From: the human T2T-CHM13v2.0 reference genome, Homo sapiens
Length of the DNA stretch: 64,000 nt
Direction: 5' to 3' (one strand)
Assembly (NCBI RefSeq): GCF_009914755.1
Contig: NC_060930.1
Both the position numbers and the translations under genes were made by a program. A model generated the notes under the pieces. It did not search any database and had not been told where the DNA came from. It saw only the letters and a program-made list of their open reading frames with translations. Shown here in pieces: positions 28,091 to 46,721 of this stretch (position 1 is its first letter; each line of letters opens with the position of its first letter).

Positions 28091-28608
28091 GGGTCATCAC
28101 TCTGGACCCTCAGACCGCCAGCCGGAGCCTGGTTCTCTCGGAAGACAGGAAGTCAGTGAGGTACACCCGGCAGAAGAAGAGCCTGCCAGACAGCCCCCTG
28201 CGCTTCGACGGCCTCCCGGCGGTTCTGGGCTTCCCGGGCTTCTCCTCCGGGCGCCACCGCTGGCAGGTTGACCTGCAGCTGGGCGACGGCGGCGGCTGCA
28301 CGGTGGGGGTGGCCGGGGAGGGGGTGAGGAGGAAGGGAGAGATGGGACTCAGCGCCGAGGACGGCGTCTGGGCCGTGATCATCTCGCACCAGCAGTGCTG
28401 GGCCAGCACCTCCCCGGGCACCGACCTGCCGCTGAGCGAGATCCCGCGCGGCGTGAGAGTCGCCCTGGACTACGAGGCGGGGCAGGTGACCCTCCACAAC
28501 GCCCAGACCCAGGAGCCCATCTTCACCTTCACTGCCTCTTTCTCCGGCAAAGTCTTCCCTTTCTTTGCCGTCTGGAAAAAAGGTTCCTGCCTTACGCTGA
28601 AAGGCTGA
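28091..28608 (+). CDS. TRIM15: TRIM15 terminal exon, PRY-SPRY (B30.2) domain
   Basis: ctctag|GGGTCATCACTCTGGACCCT; [20 protein letters not shown]; exons sum to 1398 nt = 465 aa + stop. Confidence 0.97.
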
Positions 28609-28926
28609 AGTGGGGCGCGCGAAGGGCGGCGAAGCGGAGACGGCGGCTCTCCGGGATCCAGCTCCGCCCCTGGCCAGTGTGCGGCCCGGGGGCTCCCTGT
28701 GCCCGCGTGAGGCGAGAGAACAGGGGACTTGAGTCTCGAACAGCGGTTGTTTTTACTTTATTTATCTTAGGCCCTCAGCTCCCTGACGTCCTGAGCCTCC
28801 CTGTGACGCTCTGGCCTTCTCTGCACCTCAGAGTGCAGAACCACAGACGGCTTCGGCTGTGCCTAGGGCAACAGCCAACCTAGGAGCCAGCGGGCTTTCG
28901 GGGAAAAAAAAGAAAAAGACATCTAA

Positions 28927-28932
28927 AATAAA
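28927..28932 (+). terminator. TRIM15: TRIM15 poly(A) signal AATAAA
   Basis: First AATAAA seen after the stop, about 320 nt downstream. Confidence 0.7.
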
Positions 28933-29676
28933 ATGTTTAAACTGTTTCAAAATAATTATCTTGGGAAAAATCAGGGTTTTGCTGGACTTGCACTAATTTG
29001 TACAGTCAACTTCGTACTTTGACACACACCTGAAGATGCCTCCACCTTTGTAGGGCTTAGGGCCTTTTTATCAGCCCTGGGTGGACCCCAGGGCCCCTTC
29101 CTTTCCCTTCCCTTCTGGTCATTTCTCTGGACTTGTAGAGAATGTCCTAAGAAAGTGTGACTCACAGACCTCTGGATTCCATGTGTCCAATTAGCGCTGA
29201 TGGGACTGGAGAAAGGCTTAAATCCAATGGGATCTGCCTGTGTTGGCAATTTAGGGCCGAGATGGCTCGAGGGAGTAGATGCAGAGAGGAAGGGTGATGA
29301 TCCCTCTGTGACCAAGACACAATCCTGTCCCTTCTTTTAGTCAGGATATCCCTGATGACAGACAGTGGGACAATCACCAGGCCCCATTGTTTAATAAAAC
29401 GAGGCTTTTGCTCAGGTCTAACTAACCTCTCAAATATTTGTTATTACTGCAGTTATTATTTGGACACAGAAACAGACCACAGGTTAAAATAACTTTAAAA
29501 AGCAAAGTATTAATCCCTATACAAGTGATGTTTCCTTCCACCCCTACCCTTTCTCCTCTCAAGTTGAACACTCACATTCTCACCCTTCCACCCCAACCTC
29601 TGAAAAAAATCTGCCTTCAACTCCAATCCAGGTTCCCTGTAGTGTAAGACAATACCCTGTGTACAAGAACACTTTA

Positions 29677-30289
<613 letters not shown>

Positions 30290-30522
30290 CTAAAGCATGG
30301 GTCAGATGTTTTAAAAGCACTCAAAGAGTTTGGACCATATGTGAATTTTATTTAAAAATTGTAACATGAATCAATGTGATGTGAATAATTAACCCTAACT
30401 TGACTGTTGGGGAAATAGAGGTTCTTGATATAAAAGAAGCCAGACAATGTGGGGTTTCTTCTGCCCCCCAGTGTGGTGAGCAGAGCCATCCTTATCTGAC
30501 CCAAGTGGCTTGGTAGTCCAAC

Positions 30523-30555
30523 CTAGTAGTAGTAGTAGTGGTAGTAGTAGTAGTA
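30523..30555. repeat. (TAG)n microsatellite
   Basis: Visible run with one TGG interruption. Confidence 0.85.
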
Positions 30556-32054
30556 TTGCCCAATGCTTATTATAAAAGTTGTATATGCTCATGGTTAAGA
30601 AAATTCAAACATTTTCAAAGTGTATAAATAAAAACCTCTTTCCCCACCCACTCAACACTTCCCCTTGCCACTCCCCATAGTTAAACATTGATATCAATTT
30701 TTTGTATATCCTGCAAGTTTTGAATACAAATATATATTGCTTTCTCTTTTTTTTACATAAATTAGATTATGCCATAAGTATTCTTTGCAACCCCTCCAAA
30801 AGAAAAACTATGTGCAACACATGCTAATTGTACCATTGGTCAAATTTGTTTTAATTATATCTTCATTTGAACCTTACAACAAGCCTGTGAAATACATAAG
30901 ACCTATTTTGTTTTTCTCATGTGGTGGTTGAGAAAACTGGCACACAGTTAAATGAACTTGTCTAACAATTTTCACAGCTGGTCCTTGTGACCTGCTGAAG
31001 TAGAATCTACCTGTCCTGGAGCTCAGTGCAGTCACATTTCCACCACACTCAGACTTCTAAAACAGACACATCCCAATGGGGCTATGTTTCATTTGCTACC
31101 CATTGAATTCATGTTTTAGACAGGGCATTTTTGGTTTCATATGAAACAGAAAAAAAAAAAAAAGAACCGATGAACCATAAGCACACTGTATTTCCAAGTC
31201 TCTGGTACTTCTAATTTTAGAGTGGTCCAGATAATTTAAAAGTGTGGATATGCACATTTGGAGGCTTTGTGCCTATATTAATAAATTGTTCTGCATAAGA
31301 AAGGAAAGAGAAATTTAGAAGCCAAAAGAAATTTGGGAGTGGCTAAGACCTCAGGGTGAGGACTGAGAGCTGCCTGAAGGAAAAGCAGAGGAAAATTATT
31401 CATTTGGTGGTCCAGCTGGAGCCACAGGATGGCTGTGTTCCTGTGTTTGTGATGTAAAACTGTCCTCTATCTCCCCTACAAGATCCTCTGCACAACCTGC
31501 CTTGCCCCTAATGCTTTTTGTAGGTGTTCCTGAATTCCAAGTGCTGAGTTCTGTCCACTACTGGGCAGGAGGCAAAGAGATCCCACAAAATAATTGCTGG
31601 GCTGCTGGACTATGTGAGGAGCAGTCACACTGATGTGCCTCGGAGAACCAGAGGGGTTATTGTAAGGACCAAGGTGGGACCTATAAGGGAATCTCTCTGG
31701 AGCCCAGGAACCGTGATGACAGTGAGCTGGTTGTAATGGGAACTAGAGCCTAGGCAGATGCATTGTCTCTCTGGTCGGCTTACTTTGCTCTGGATGTGGG
31801 GCCCATTCTCCTGTCTATAAGGAAGCTTCCTAGCTCTACTCATGGCCTTTATTTTCTTTTTCATTTTCAGTTCTTTCCTTCTTTCAGACTTCCAGTGTAG
31901 AGTGTTGACTCAGTCATACCTCTCAGTTCTTGGAACACTATCATCATCAGTCCATGCAAGGTCTTCTGGTTTTATTTGTATTTTCTCCTCTCTCCCCAAT
32001 TTTTATTCCCATTCTCCTCACTCCCAAAGGCAGCTACTCCCTAATGTTTTTCTT

Positions 32055-32858
32055 TTTTAAAAAATTTTTCAACTTTTAAGTTCAGGGGTACATGTGCAAG
32101 ATGTGCAGGTTTGTTACATAGGTAAATGTGTGCCATAGTAGTCAGCTACACAGATCATCCTATCACCCAGGAATTAAGCCCAGCACCCATTAGCTATTCT
32201 TCCTGATCCTCTCCCTCCTCCCACCCCCGCCCTCCAACAGGGCCCAGTGTGTGTTGTTCCCCCCGCCTCCTGCCATGTGTCCATATGTTCTCATTATTTA
32301 GATCCTACTTATAAGTGAAAACATGCTGTATTTGGTTTTCTGTTCCTACTTTAGTTTGCTAAGGATAACAACCTCCAGTTCCATTCATGTCCCTGCAAAG
32401 GACATGATCTCATTCCTTTTTATGGCTGTAAAATATTCCATGGTATATGTGTACCACATTTTCTTTATCCAGTCTATCATTGATGGGCATTTAGTTTGAT
32501 TTCATATCTTTGCTATTGTGAATACTACTGCAATGAACATACACATGCATGTATCTTTATAGAGAACGATTTCTATTCCTTTGGGTATATACCCAGTAAA
32601 TGAGATTGCTGGGTTGAATGGTATTTCTGCCTCTAGGTTTTTGAGGAATTGCCACACAGTCTTCCACAATGGTTGAACTAATTTACACTCACACCAACAG
32701 TGTTAAAAGCATTCGTTTTTCTTCACAACCTTGCCAGCATCTGTTGCTTTTTGACTTTTTAGTAATAGCCATTTTGACTGGTGCGAGATAGTATCTCATT
32801 GTAGTTTTGATTTGATTTTCACCTATAACCATCTGATATTTGACAAACCTGACAAAAA
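32055..32858 (-). mobile_element. Primate L1 3' fragment with a short inverted 5' piece
   Basis: L1 3'UTR/ORF2 end on -; 32820-32858 is L1 sense strand. Confidence 0.85.
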
Positions 32859-32909
32859 TGTCTCTAGTAGCAAGTATTACTAATCTATTAATTACTAAAC
32901 TCCCTTTAA

Positions 32910-38600
<5,691 letters not shown>

Positions 38601-38669
38601 AAGACTTATGTGATAGGCATTATTCTGGGTACTTGGGATGCATCAGTTTTTAAAAAGTTTCTTTTTAAA

Positions 38670-38955
38670 GCTCATGCCTGTAATCCCAGCACTTTGAGAG
38701 GCCAAAATAGGTGGATCACCTGAGGTCAGGAGTTCATGAACAGCCTGGTCAATATGGCAAAACCCCGTCTCTTCTAAAAACACAAAAAAATTAGCCAGAC
38801 ATGGTGGTGTGCGCCTGTAGTCCCAGGTACTTGGGAGGCTGAGGCAAGAGAATCGCTTGAACCTGGGCAGCGGAGGTTGCCAGTAAGCCAAGATCATGCC
38901 ACCGCACTCCAGCCTGGGCAACAGAGCGAGACTCCGTCTCTATTAAAAAAAAAAG
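38670..38955 (+). mobile_element. AluS SINE
   Basis: Alu consensus. Confidence 0.9.
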
Positions 38956-39926
38956 AGAAAATCTATGGCTCTTTCTGTTCTCCCATAACCATACTCTAAA
39001 TGCACTCTTTCTGTACCCAGTTTGTCCCTGCTTTAGGACTTTGCTGTTCCCTCTAGCTGATGTGATCTTAGACCTTCCCTCTCACCATTCTGATTTCAGC
39101 TCTCATGCCATCTTTTCAGGGAACTCCCTTCTGATCACACATTATAAAATAGATACTAGGTCACTATCTATCACAGACTTATTTCACTTCCTTGCATAGT
39201 GCTAATTACTTTTTTTTTTTTCAATTTTAACATACTGCCTGTCACCATTTGCTGGAATATAACCTCCAAGAGTGCAGAACTTTGTTAACCTTATCACTGT
39301 TGTAACCTAGAAACATCCTGGCACATCACGGGTACTTAATAAATGAATTCAGGAGACATATGAAGCCTGGAGATAACAGATTTGAGAGAATACAGAAAAT
39401 AGGAGGAAAAGTCAACAAGAAATAATTCAGGCAGGGCACAGTGGCTCACGCCTGTAATTCCAGTACTTTGGGAGGCTGAGGTGGGAGGATCACTTGAGCC
39501 CCAGAGCTCAAGGCCACAGTAAGCTACGAGTGCACCATCACTAGAGCCTAGGTGACAGAGTAAGACCATGTCTCTAAAATAATAAAAATTCAGCCAGTTG
39601 TGGTGGCTCACACCTGTAATCCCAGCAAGGCAAACACAAAATAGTTTGCTGAAAGGTATGAACTGGGTCTTTGGAGGGAGGTATGGGGCAGGGAAATGTT
39701 CCTATTTGTAAGAAGCACTGTAGAAAGTTTACCATATGTGCAAGTAGAGTTATACAAAATGAAAAACTATGAATATAAAAAATAAAAAGGGAAAATTTAC
39801 ATGAGCCCACAACTTAGAGAACAGAGAGGAAATATGCTCTTTGCCACTAGCGTAATTTTACAGGTAGTTTCGTATAATCCTCCCTTTTCCATCTTTAAGA
39901 TGGCAATTTAAAAAATCAGAAAGGAC

Positions 39927-40276
<350 letters not shown>

Positions 40277-40699
40277 TTAGGATGCAAGGCTGAATCTCTG
40301 CACATTCTATTTCCTCTGAGGCAGTGCTTATTTTCCAAGGAAGAATTTTTGGGTGTGCTATACTGGAGGTCTCCCTTCTCAGGGAGAGTCATCACTTGCT
40401 CCAAAACGCTGGACCTCAGCTCAAGGGCACCACTGCAGGAGGAATAAAAAGGTGGAGCCACGCAACAACTCGTCTGTGTTCCGCAGTAGGCTCTTTTTGA
40501 GGGACTTCCAGAAATGACAGCATGTGTGCAGAGAACAGAAAGCAAAGTTACACTGTTACAGAAGGCACAGAAGGAAAACCTTCGGCTACTGCTATCAGTG
40601 GAATTTCTCTGTAGCCAGACTGAGGTCTGGTGGCATTTGAGATATAATATAGATATAGACCTACAAATACAGATCTCCAGGCTGTTCATTCAACAAGTC

Positions 40700-40705
40700 T
40701 TTATT
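40700..40705 (-). terminator. TRIM26: Probable distal TRIM26 poly(A) signal (a proximal AATAAA also at 41374-41379)
   Basis: TTTATT on +, about 1.4 kb past the stop, within an L2-like 3' end. Confidence 0.55.
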
Positions 40706-42105
40706 GAGCACCTACTCTGTGCCCAGCACTGCACTAGGTGCCATGAGAATACAAGAGTAGTATAAGATGTTATCCGCCCTCCAGGAGCTTACAAAACTAG
40801 AGGCAGAAATAAGATGTACATGTGACTCAGGCAGCATGTGACACACACAAAGTGGGCAGCTCTGAGACAATGGTGGTCAAGTGACCACTGAGGCCCAGAG
40901 CCGTTGGAACAGTCTCTTAGAACAGGGTGGAGGACTTAAAACTTGGATGAACAGGGGCTGGCAGAGCACTTGGAATGGGTAAGGACAAGACTGGGAGATC
41001 AATTTGGCTGGAGCAGGGGAGCTTGTGTTAAACTGTGATGATGAGGGGCACCTGGACAGAGGTTGGGTCCGTGGGCAATGAGAAGACATGTTACTCCCTC
41101 TCTTGACATGAAGACCTGGTGGGCTTGTGGCCTCCTGCTGCCTTCCTTTCCCTGTCTTCCCATCTCCACTCTCTCCTAGGAAAGTGGAACCTGGATGCTG
41201 GTAGGGCCAGAGACAGAGGCTTAACACCCTGCTGGGGAACCCGGTCAGAACTCCCGAGGCAGGAGAGGTTCTGCTCCACTGGATGTTTGTCTTGGTGTTT
41301 TTGGATGTGCTGATCAAGAGCAAGATGTTCTGGATTCTTAAAACTCCCCTCACAAGGACCAATCTAGAGATAATTTATTGATCAGTGATCACAGCTTGTA
41401 CCCCAAAGCCGTGTATGTCTGGATCCTTCCCTAAGACCACAGATAGCTCCAGGGAGTCCCACCTCCTTGGCTATGGAAATATGCTCAGCCCTGGTTTCAG
41501 AGAAGCCTGGACTCCACTCTGGACCCCATGAGATGATATGCGCTGGTACTCCAGGCTTTAAATGGCCTGGGAAGCCTCAGTGGATTTTGTTTATTTTCAG
41601 CATTGCCATGTATGCTTAACTCTGAGTTGGGGTGGGGTAGGTCTGTTTAAAATGCCAGGGAAGGTGGGCAGCAGAGTGGATTTGTGCAAGAAGGAACCTG
41701 GGGGGTTTAAGGACAGCAAAATGATCTTAGGCGTAATTGACTGGTTTTTCTGAGGTCTTGCCACACTGGGCAAGAAAATGCTGCATCGGGCCCTTATTCC
41801 AGAGAGTGCAGAGCTGGGGCCAAGGTCGTGGTCAAAAAGGAAAGGAGCCCTCATGGACTCCAGGGTCAGAAGTTCCCTCGGGAAACCAGCAGGAGGTGGG
41901 AAAAGAGCCCCATTAGGGCAGTAGATGGAGCAACAGCACTGAGTGAGATTTCAGGGGGCCACAGCAATGGGGAGGTGGCTACCAGTGGATATGGGGTCCC
42001 CTGCTCCAGGTGCTTAGGCCAGGCATCCCGTCCCCCCATTGAGAGTCCTGGAATTCCAAAGAAGTGAAGCATCTGAGGGTTGGGGCTGGGGGCAGATGTC
42101 AGGGC

Positions 42106-42788
42106 TCAGGGTCTTAGCAGGAGGCGTGTTCCTGGCCACTTGAGCCACAGGAAGGGGACCAGGCGCCGGGTGAAGGTGGCAGTGAAGGTGTAGATGAGTT
42201 CCTGTGACTCTGCGTTGGTGAAAGTCACGGTGCCCCCTTCATAATCCAGGGCGATGCCCACTCTCCGGGGCCGCAGTGCTGGGAAAAGCTCAGCCTCGGG
42301 GCTGGTGTTGGCCCAGATGCCGGAGGAGGAGAGGCGCAGCGCCCACACGCCATCCTCTGGCCGCAGGGAGAGGTCTCCCTTCCTCTTCACAGAGTCTCTA
42401 GCCACCCCCACCATGCAGCTTTCCAGAACTTCCTCCTCTTCCTCCTCCTCTTCTTCCTCTTCATCGCCCAACGATTCCTCATCTTCGTCCGTTTCCCAGT
42501 CGTCATATCCATCCCCATAGCCGGCCTCCTCTTCCTCCTCCTCCTCTTCTCCCTCTTCCTCCTCATCCCCCTCTTCTTCATCCTCAGACCAGCCCTCCCT
42601 CTCCACTTCCACTTCCCAGTAGACCTTGCCCCAGGTGAAGCCCTTGCTGCCTAGCACCCCAGGCTCACAGTCAAACTGCTGGGGGTGCAGGTAGGCACTC
42701 TTGTACAGGCTGGTGTAGGTCACGCACTTCCAGTCCTCTGACAGCTGCAGGTACCCACTGGCCGACTGTGGGTCCAGGGTGACGCTCA
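42106..42788 (-). CDS. TRIM26: TRIM26 terminal exon, PRY-SPRY with acidic insertion
   Basis: ccacag|TGAGCGTCACCCTGGACCCA; YWEVEV followed by Glu/Asp run; exons sum to 1620 nt = 539 aa + stop. Confidence 0.97.
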
Positions 42789-42826
42789 CTGTGGGGACAA
42801 GGGAAAAAAAAAAAAAACAGCATCAC

Positions 42827-44447
42827 TGTTTTGTTTTGTTTTTTAAGTCAGAGGGAATAAAATTTATTTTGGCAGATAGCGTTAAACAAAATTAAAGTTG
42901 CATACATTAGTAATATAACTCAACATCCTTAATTTGGTATAAGTGTGACACATTTTCTGGCTTTGTATTCTGCTAAATCACCATAACTAAACTGCTTTAT
43001 AAACATGATATACTGAAATTTAACTTGACTGTTTTCGCTTACGCTCTGATTCCAAACAAAACTTTTCATAAGCTTCCTCTATCTCTGGATCTCTGGGTCC
43101 AACTCATCATTAATATCATCCAAGTGTGGATCACCAGTCCCTGAAAAATCTGTTCCATTTTCTTCATAATCCAGAAAAAAAGTCCTCTTTTTCAAGTAAC
43201 TCTTGATATGCTTCTTGGTAATCCGGATCAGCTGCAGTGAAAGGAACACTATGAAACACAATAACTATGTGAATGACCACTATAAAATGTTGGTTCATTC
43301 ACATAGTAATTGGGATCTTTTTTGGCTGTTGTATTTCTGTATGATGAAGTTGCATGGACTCTACCCCAATTACTGCACTGGAGTTCTACAAGCTTCAAGA
43401 GCATCTGTTTCATGTCTCTGCCACAGCTTGCATCTATAACAACATTTTCAATTTCCTGAATAATTTCTTCCATATCAGTCCTTCCTTTTCCTTCCAAGCA
43501 TCTTCCAAAACTGACCCTGTCAACTTCAGCAATTTTATTGCACAAATTAAGCTGTCATCCACGGGATTAGAAAAGAGGGCATTCAGGCATTCGGCAACTC
43601 CTGAAGACCAACCTGAAGAATATCTGCCCTTGTAACCTGTCCATTTGTTCCTCTGATCTCCAGGTTATGATAAAGCTCTCCCAGAAAGGGTACAAATGCA
43701 TGAAATTGTTTTGGAGTAACTTCATCCCCTTTTGCAGCTTGATCTTTAATGTCATATTCAGTCCGACATCTTTGAAGTAGAAATTGGCGGAAGGTGCTAC
43801 TCTCTGTGCTAACTGTCAGATGATGTCAGGTAATTACACAGGTGAGCTCCCATGTAAGAGAAATTTGGGGCTGGGCACGGTGGCTCACGCCTATAATCCC
43901 AGCACTTTGGAAGGCCGAGGCGGGTGGATCACAAGGTCAGGAGATCGAGACCATCCTGGCTAACATGGTGAAACCCCATCTCTACTAAAAATACAAAAAT
44001 TAGCCGGGCATGGTGGTGGGCACCTGTAGTCCCAGCTACTTAGGAGGCTGAGGCAGGAGAATGGCGTGAACCTGGGAGGCGGGGCTCGCAGTGAGCTGAG
44101 ATCACACCACTACACTCCAGCCTGGAAGACAAAGCAAGACTCCATCTCAAAAAAAAAAAAAAAAAAAAGGCCGGGCGCGGTGGCTCACGCCTGTAATCCC
44201 AGCACTTTGGGAGGCCGAGGCGGGTGGATCACGAGGTCAGGAGATCGAGACCATCCTGGCTAACACGGTGAAACCCCGTCTCTACTAAAAATACAAAAAA
44301 TTAGCCGGGCGAGGTGGCGGGCGCCTGTAGTCCTAGCTACTCGGGAGGCTGAGGCAGGAGAATGGCGTGAACCCCAGGAGGCGGAGCCTGCAGTGAGCCG
44401 AGATTGCGCCACTGCACTCCAGCCTGGGCGACAGCGAGACTCCGTCT

Positions 44448-44483
<36 letters not shown>

Positions 44484-44860
44484 AATTTGGGACAGATGTG
44501 GCCTCTGAGTTCCACAAGTTCTTGCAAAGCATCATCTGTTGTAACACAAGCATTCAGGGTCTCTGTAAACTGTTCAATTTCAGTTTCAAAACTACCAGCC
44601 TGCTCTGTAAGATGGTTCAAGAAACCCTGAACAGGTACTGACAGAGTGGGATAATCCTCACCATCATCCTCATAGGATTCTCTATAATTAGAATAACCTG
44701 ATAGGTAAAATTTGACGGTATTCACAGACAGCTCAGACATTAATAAAGAAGCTACAACCACCTAAGGTTTAACCACTGCTAACTCAGTTCTGCTATGGGA
44801 TTTTATCCTGTGAACTAGATGAAGCTCTCAGGGCCTCGTTTGCTCCCAGACAGGCCGACC
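42827..44860 (-). pseudogene. PAIP1P1: Processed pseudogene of PAIP1 (poly(A)-binding protein interacting protein 1) in the last TRIM26 intron
   Basis: Intronless, frameshifted PAIP1-like peptides (LSVN..FY.SGYS, QGFLNHLTEQAGSFETEIEQF, MEEIIQEIENVV, DYEENGTDFSGTGDPHLDDINDELDPEI), 3'UTR, AATAAA at 42863-42868 and A-rich tail; split by two Alus; 5' boundary approximate. Confidence 0.92.
43869..44480 (+). mobile_element. Two nested AluY-family elements (43869-44168 and 44169-44480)
   Basis: One outer TSD agaaatttgg (43859-43868, 44481-44490) encloses both. Confidence 0.95.
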
Positions 44861-45405
44861 TCCTCAATGGTTCTCACGAAAGCAAGTGTGAAAGTGAGCC
44901 AGGAGGAGACCACCAGTCTTCACAATCCAAGGGGCACCATTCACATCTTGGTCTATGTGGATGGCGCTCCTTGGTGGTTGGTATGCAGTGTACAACCTAA
45001 CTGCAGGGCTGAGAGGGGGCACAATAGTGGGGCCTGTGGTGGATATGGCCTCTGGTCTTAGGTTGCCCCTGCTGTTTGCTCTGAATATAGGAGCCATGCA
45101 GCCAGGAAGATGAGAGAAAGCTCGGCCACAGGAAAAGGACTGGTGGTAGGACCTGTGAGGATAGGAAAAAGAAAAGCAAACACAGGGCAGAGAAGGATCA
45201 GACTAGCAAGCAGAGGCCTCTACTGCAGACTAAAGAGTAGGCTGATTAGAAAGTGCAAAGAGGGAGGGGGGCTTCTATTGTGCAGCTGGGAAATTCTTCC
45301 TGTTGCAAAAGGGGCTACCTGGGGGAAAAGTGAGCAGTCAGAATCTCTGCAGGCGGAGTTTTCTATATTTGATGTACATCTGGGAAACACCCTCTAGACA
45401 CTCAC

Positions 45406-45438
45406 CTGTCTTATATTCCAAGTCTCTCAGCAGCTTCC
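45406..45438 (-). CDS. TRIM26: TRIM26 33-bp exon
   Basis: ccccag|GGAAGCTGCTG...AAGACAG|gtgagt. Confidence 0.93.
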
Positions 45439-45656
45439 CTGGGGAGAAAAAAGGACAGCAATGACTCAAGTCCCGAAAATTTATGAGCCCATTTCTTGCT
45501 CGGGCAGTATCAATTTCCTGATAGGGATCCATGTCTAAGACAAGAGGCCCTCAGAAGAGTGAGGATCGACAAGGTGATGGAAAGGAGCTGGGTGCGCTCT
45601 TTCTACGAGGTAGCCCTGCTCTGACTCCCACCCTTTGTGCGCTCCCCAACCCTTAC

Positions 45657-45772
45657 CCTGGAATTCCCTCAGGCCTCGTTGCAGAGAGAGGAGTTTATCT
45701 GAGAATTCTCCGGTCTTTTTTTTAACCACTCGAGCAATGGGTTTCCCAACCCAGAACTTCTTCCGTGGATAC
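45657..45772 (-). CDS. TRIM26: TRIM26 116-bp exon
   Basis: tcttag|GTATCCACGG...TTCCAGG|gtaagg. Confidence 0.95.
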
Positions 45773-46251
45773 CTAAGAAGATGACATACATAACAAGCTG
45801 TTACTCAGCTCTTCTTACTTTCCTTCATACTTATCTCTCAATCCTCATGGCAATTATGAAGGGGAGAGGAAAGGTATGATTATCCCCAAACAAGTGACAG
45901 AAAAACAGTGGCCCAAAGACACCAGCTGAACCAGGGCTTCAGAACATCAGTAGACTCCACATCCAGGGCGCTCTGTCTACTAAGCCATGTTTCTAACCTC
46001 TCTGCTCTGTCCCACCTCAAATAAGGCCAGTGGGCCAAGGAGCTGGGGCTACACAGAGAACCATAAGGAGGAGAGCAAGTCTCCAGTTCTCAATGATGTG
46101 TCCTGCTCCTCAGAAGGGCATCAGGATGAACCATGGGATGTGAGTACCTCTGGCACCATACCACTCCCCATGAATTCAAATGCACCTGGTCAGAAGCGGG
46201 GGAACATAAACAAGGGGGATGAGGTACGCCATGGAGAGGAGACTCTTTTAC

Positions 46252-46274
46252 CTGTTTAGGAAGTCTCTCGTGTC
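46252..46274 (-). CDS. TRIM26: TRIM26 23-bp exon
   Basis: ttctag|GACACGAGAGACTTCCTAAACAG|gtaaaa. Confidence 0.93.
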
Positions 46275-46721
46275 CTAGAAGGGAAAGAAAAAAGCACAAG
46301 TATCAATATGAATCAAATAAGACTTCAATGCATCTGCACCCAACACTGTAGCAGAGATGGGACATATCAGTGAACAAAACAAATGTGGTCCCTTTTTTAT
46401 GGAGCTGACATTCCAGTGGGGTCACTGCATAAAACAACAAGAAAACAAACAAAATCGGCACAATGACAGAAGCCACAATGGCTGGGAGATGACATGGGCA
46501 ACCTCTCTGGGAGATACCTGCGCAGAGAATTGACGGATAAGAAGTACTGGCCGGATGAAGAGAGGTAAGGTAAAACAGGAAAGGGCTTGGTGAGAACGGC
46601 AGAGGCCAGACTGCGCAGGGCTGGATATGCATGGTAAGGAGTTTCACTTTTGCTCCACGTACAGTGGAAACCCACCAAGGGTTTCAAGTAGGGGCATGAT
46701 ATGTGTGATCCGCTCTACATG

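Noticed and set aside
28395-28883. 162-aa alternative-frame ORF over the TRIM15 terminal exon
   Set aside because: Non-ATG start; stop-poor because of high GC content; no motifs
44640-44761. Intact-looking PAIP1 PAM2-region peptide that might be translated
   Set aside because: PAM2 motif is degenerate (SELSVNTVKFYLS) and the retrocopy has frameshifts and Alu insertions
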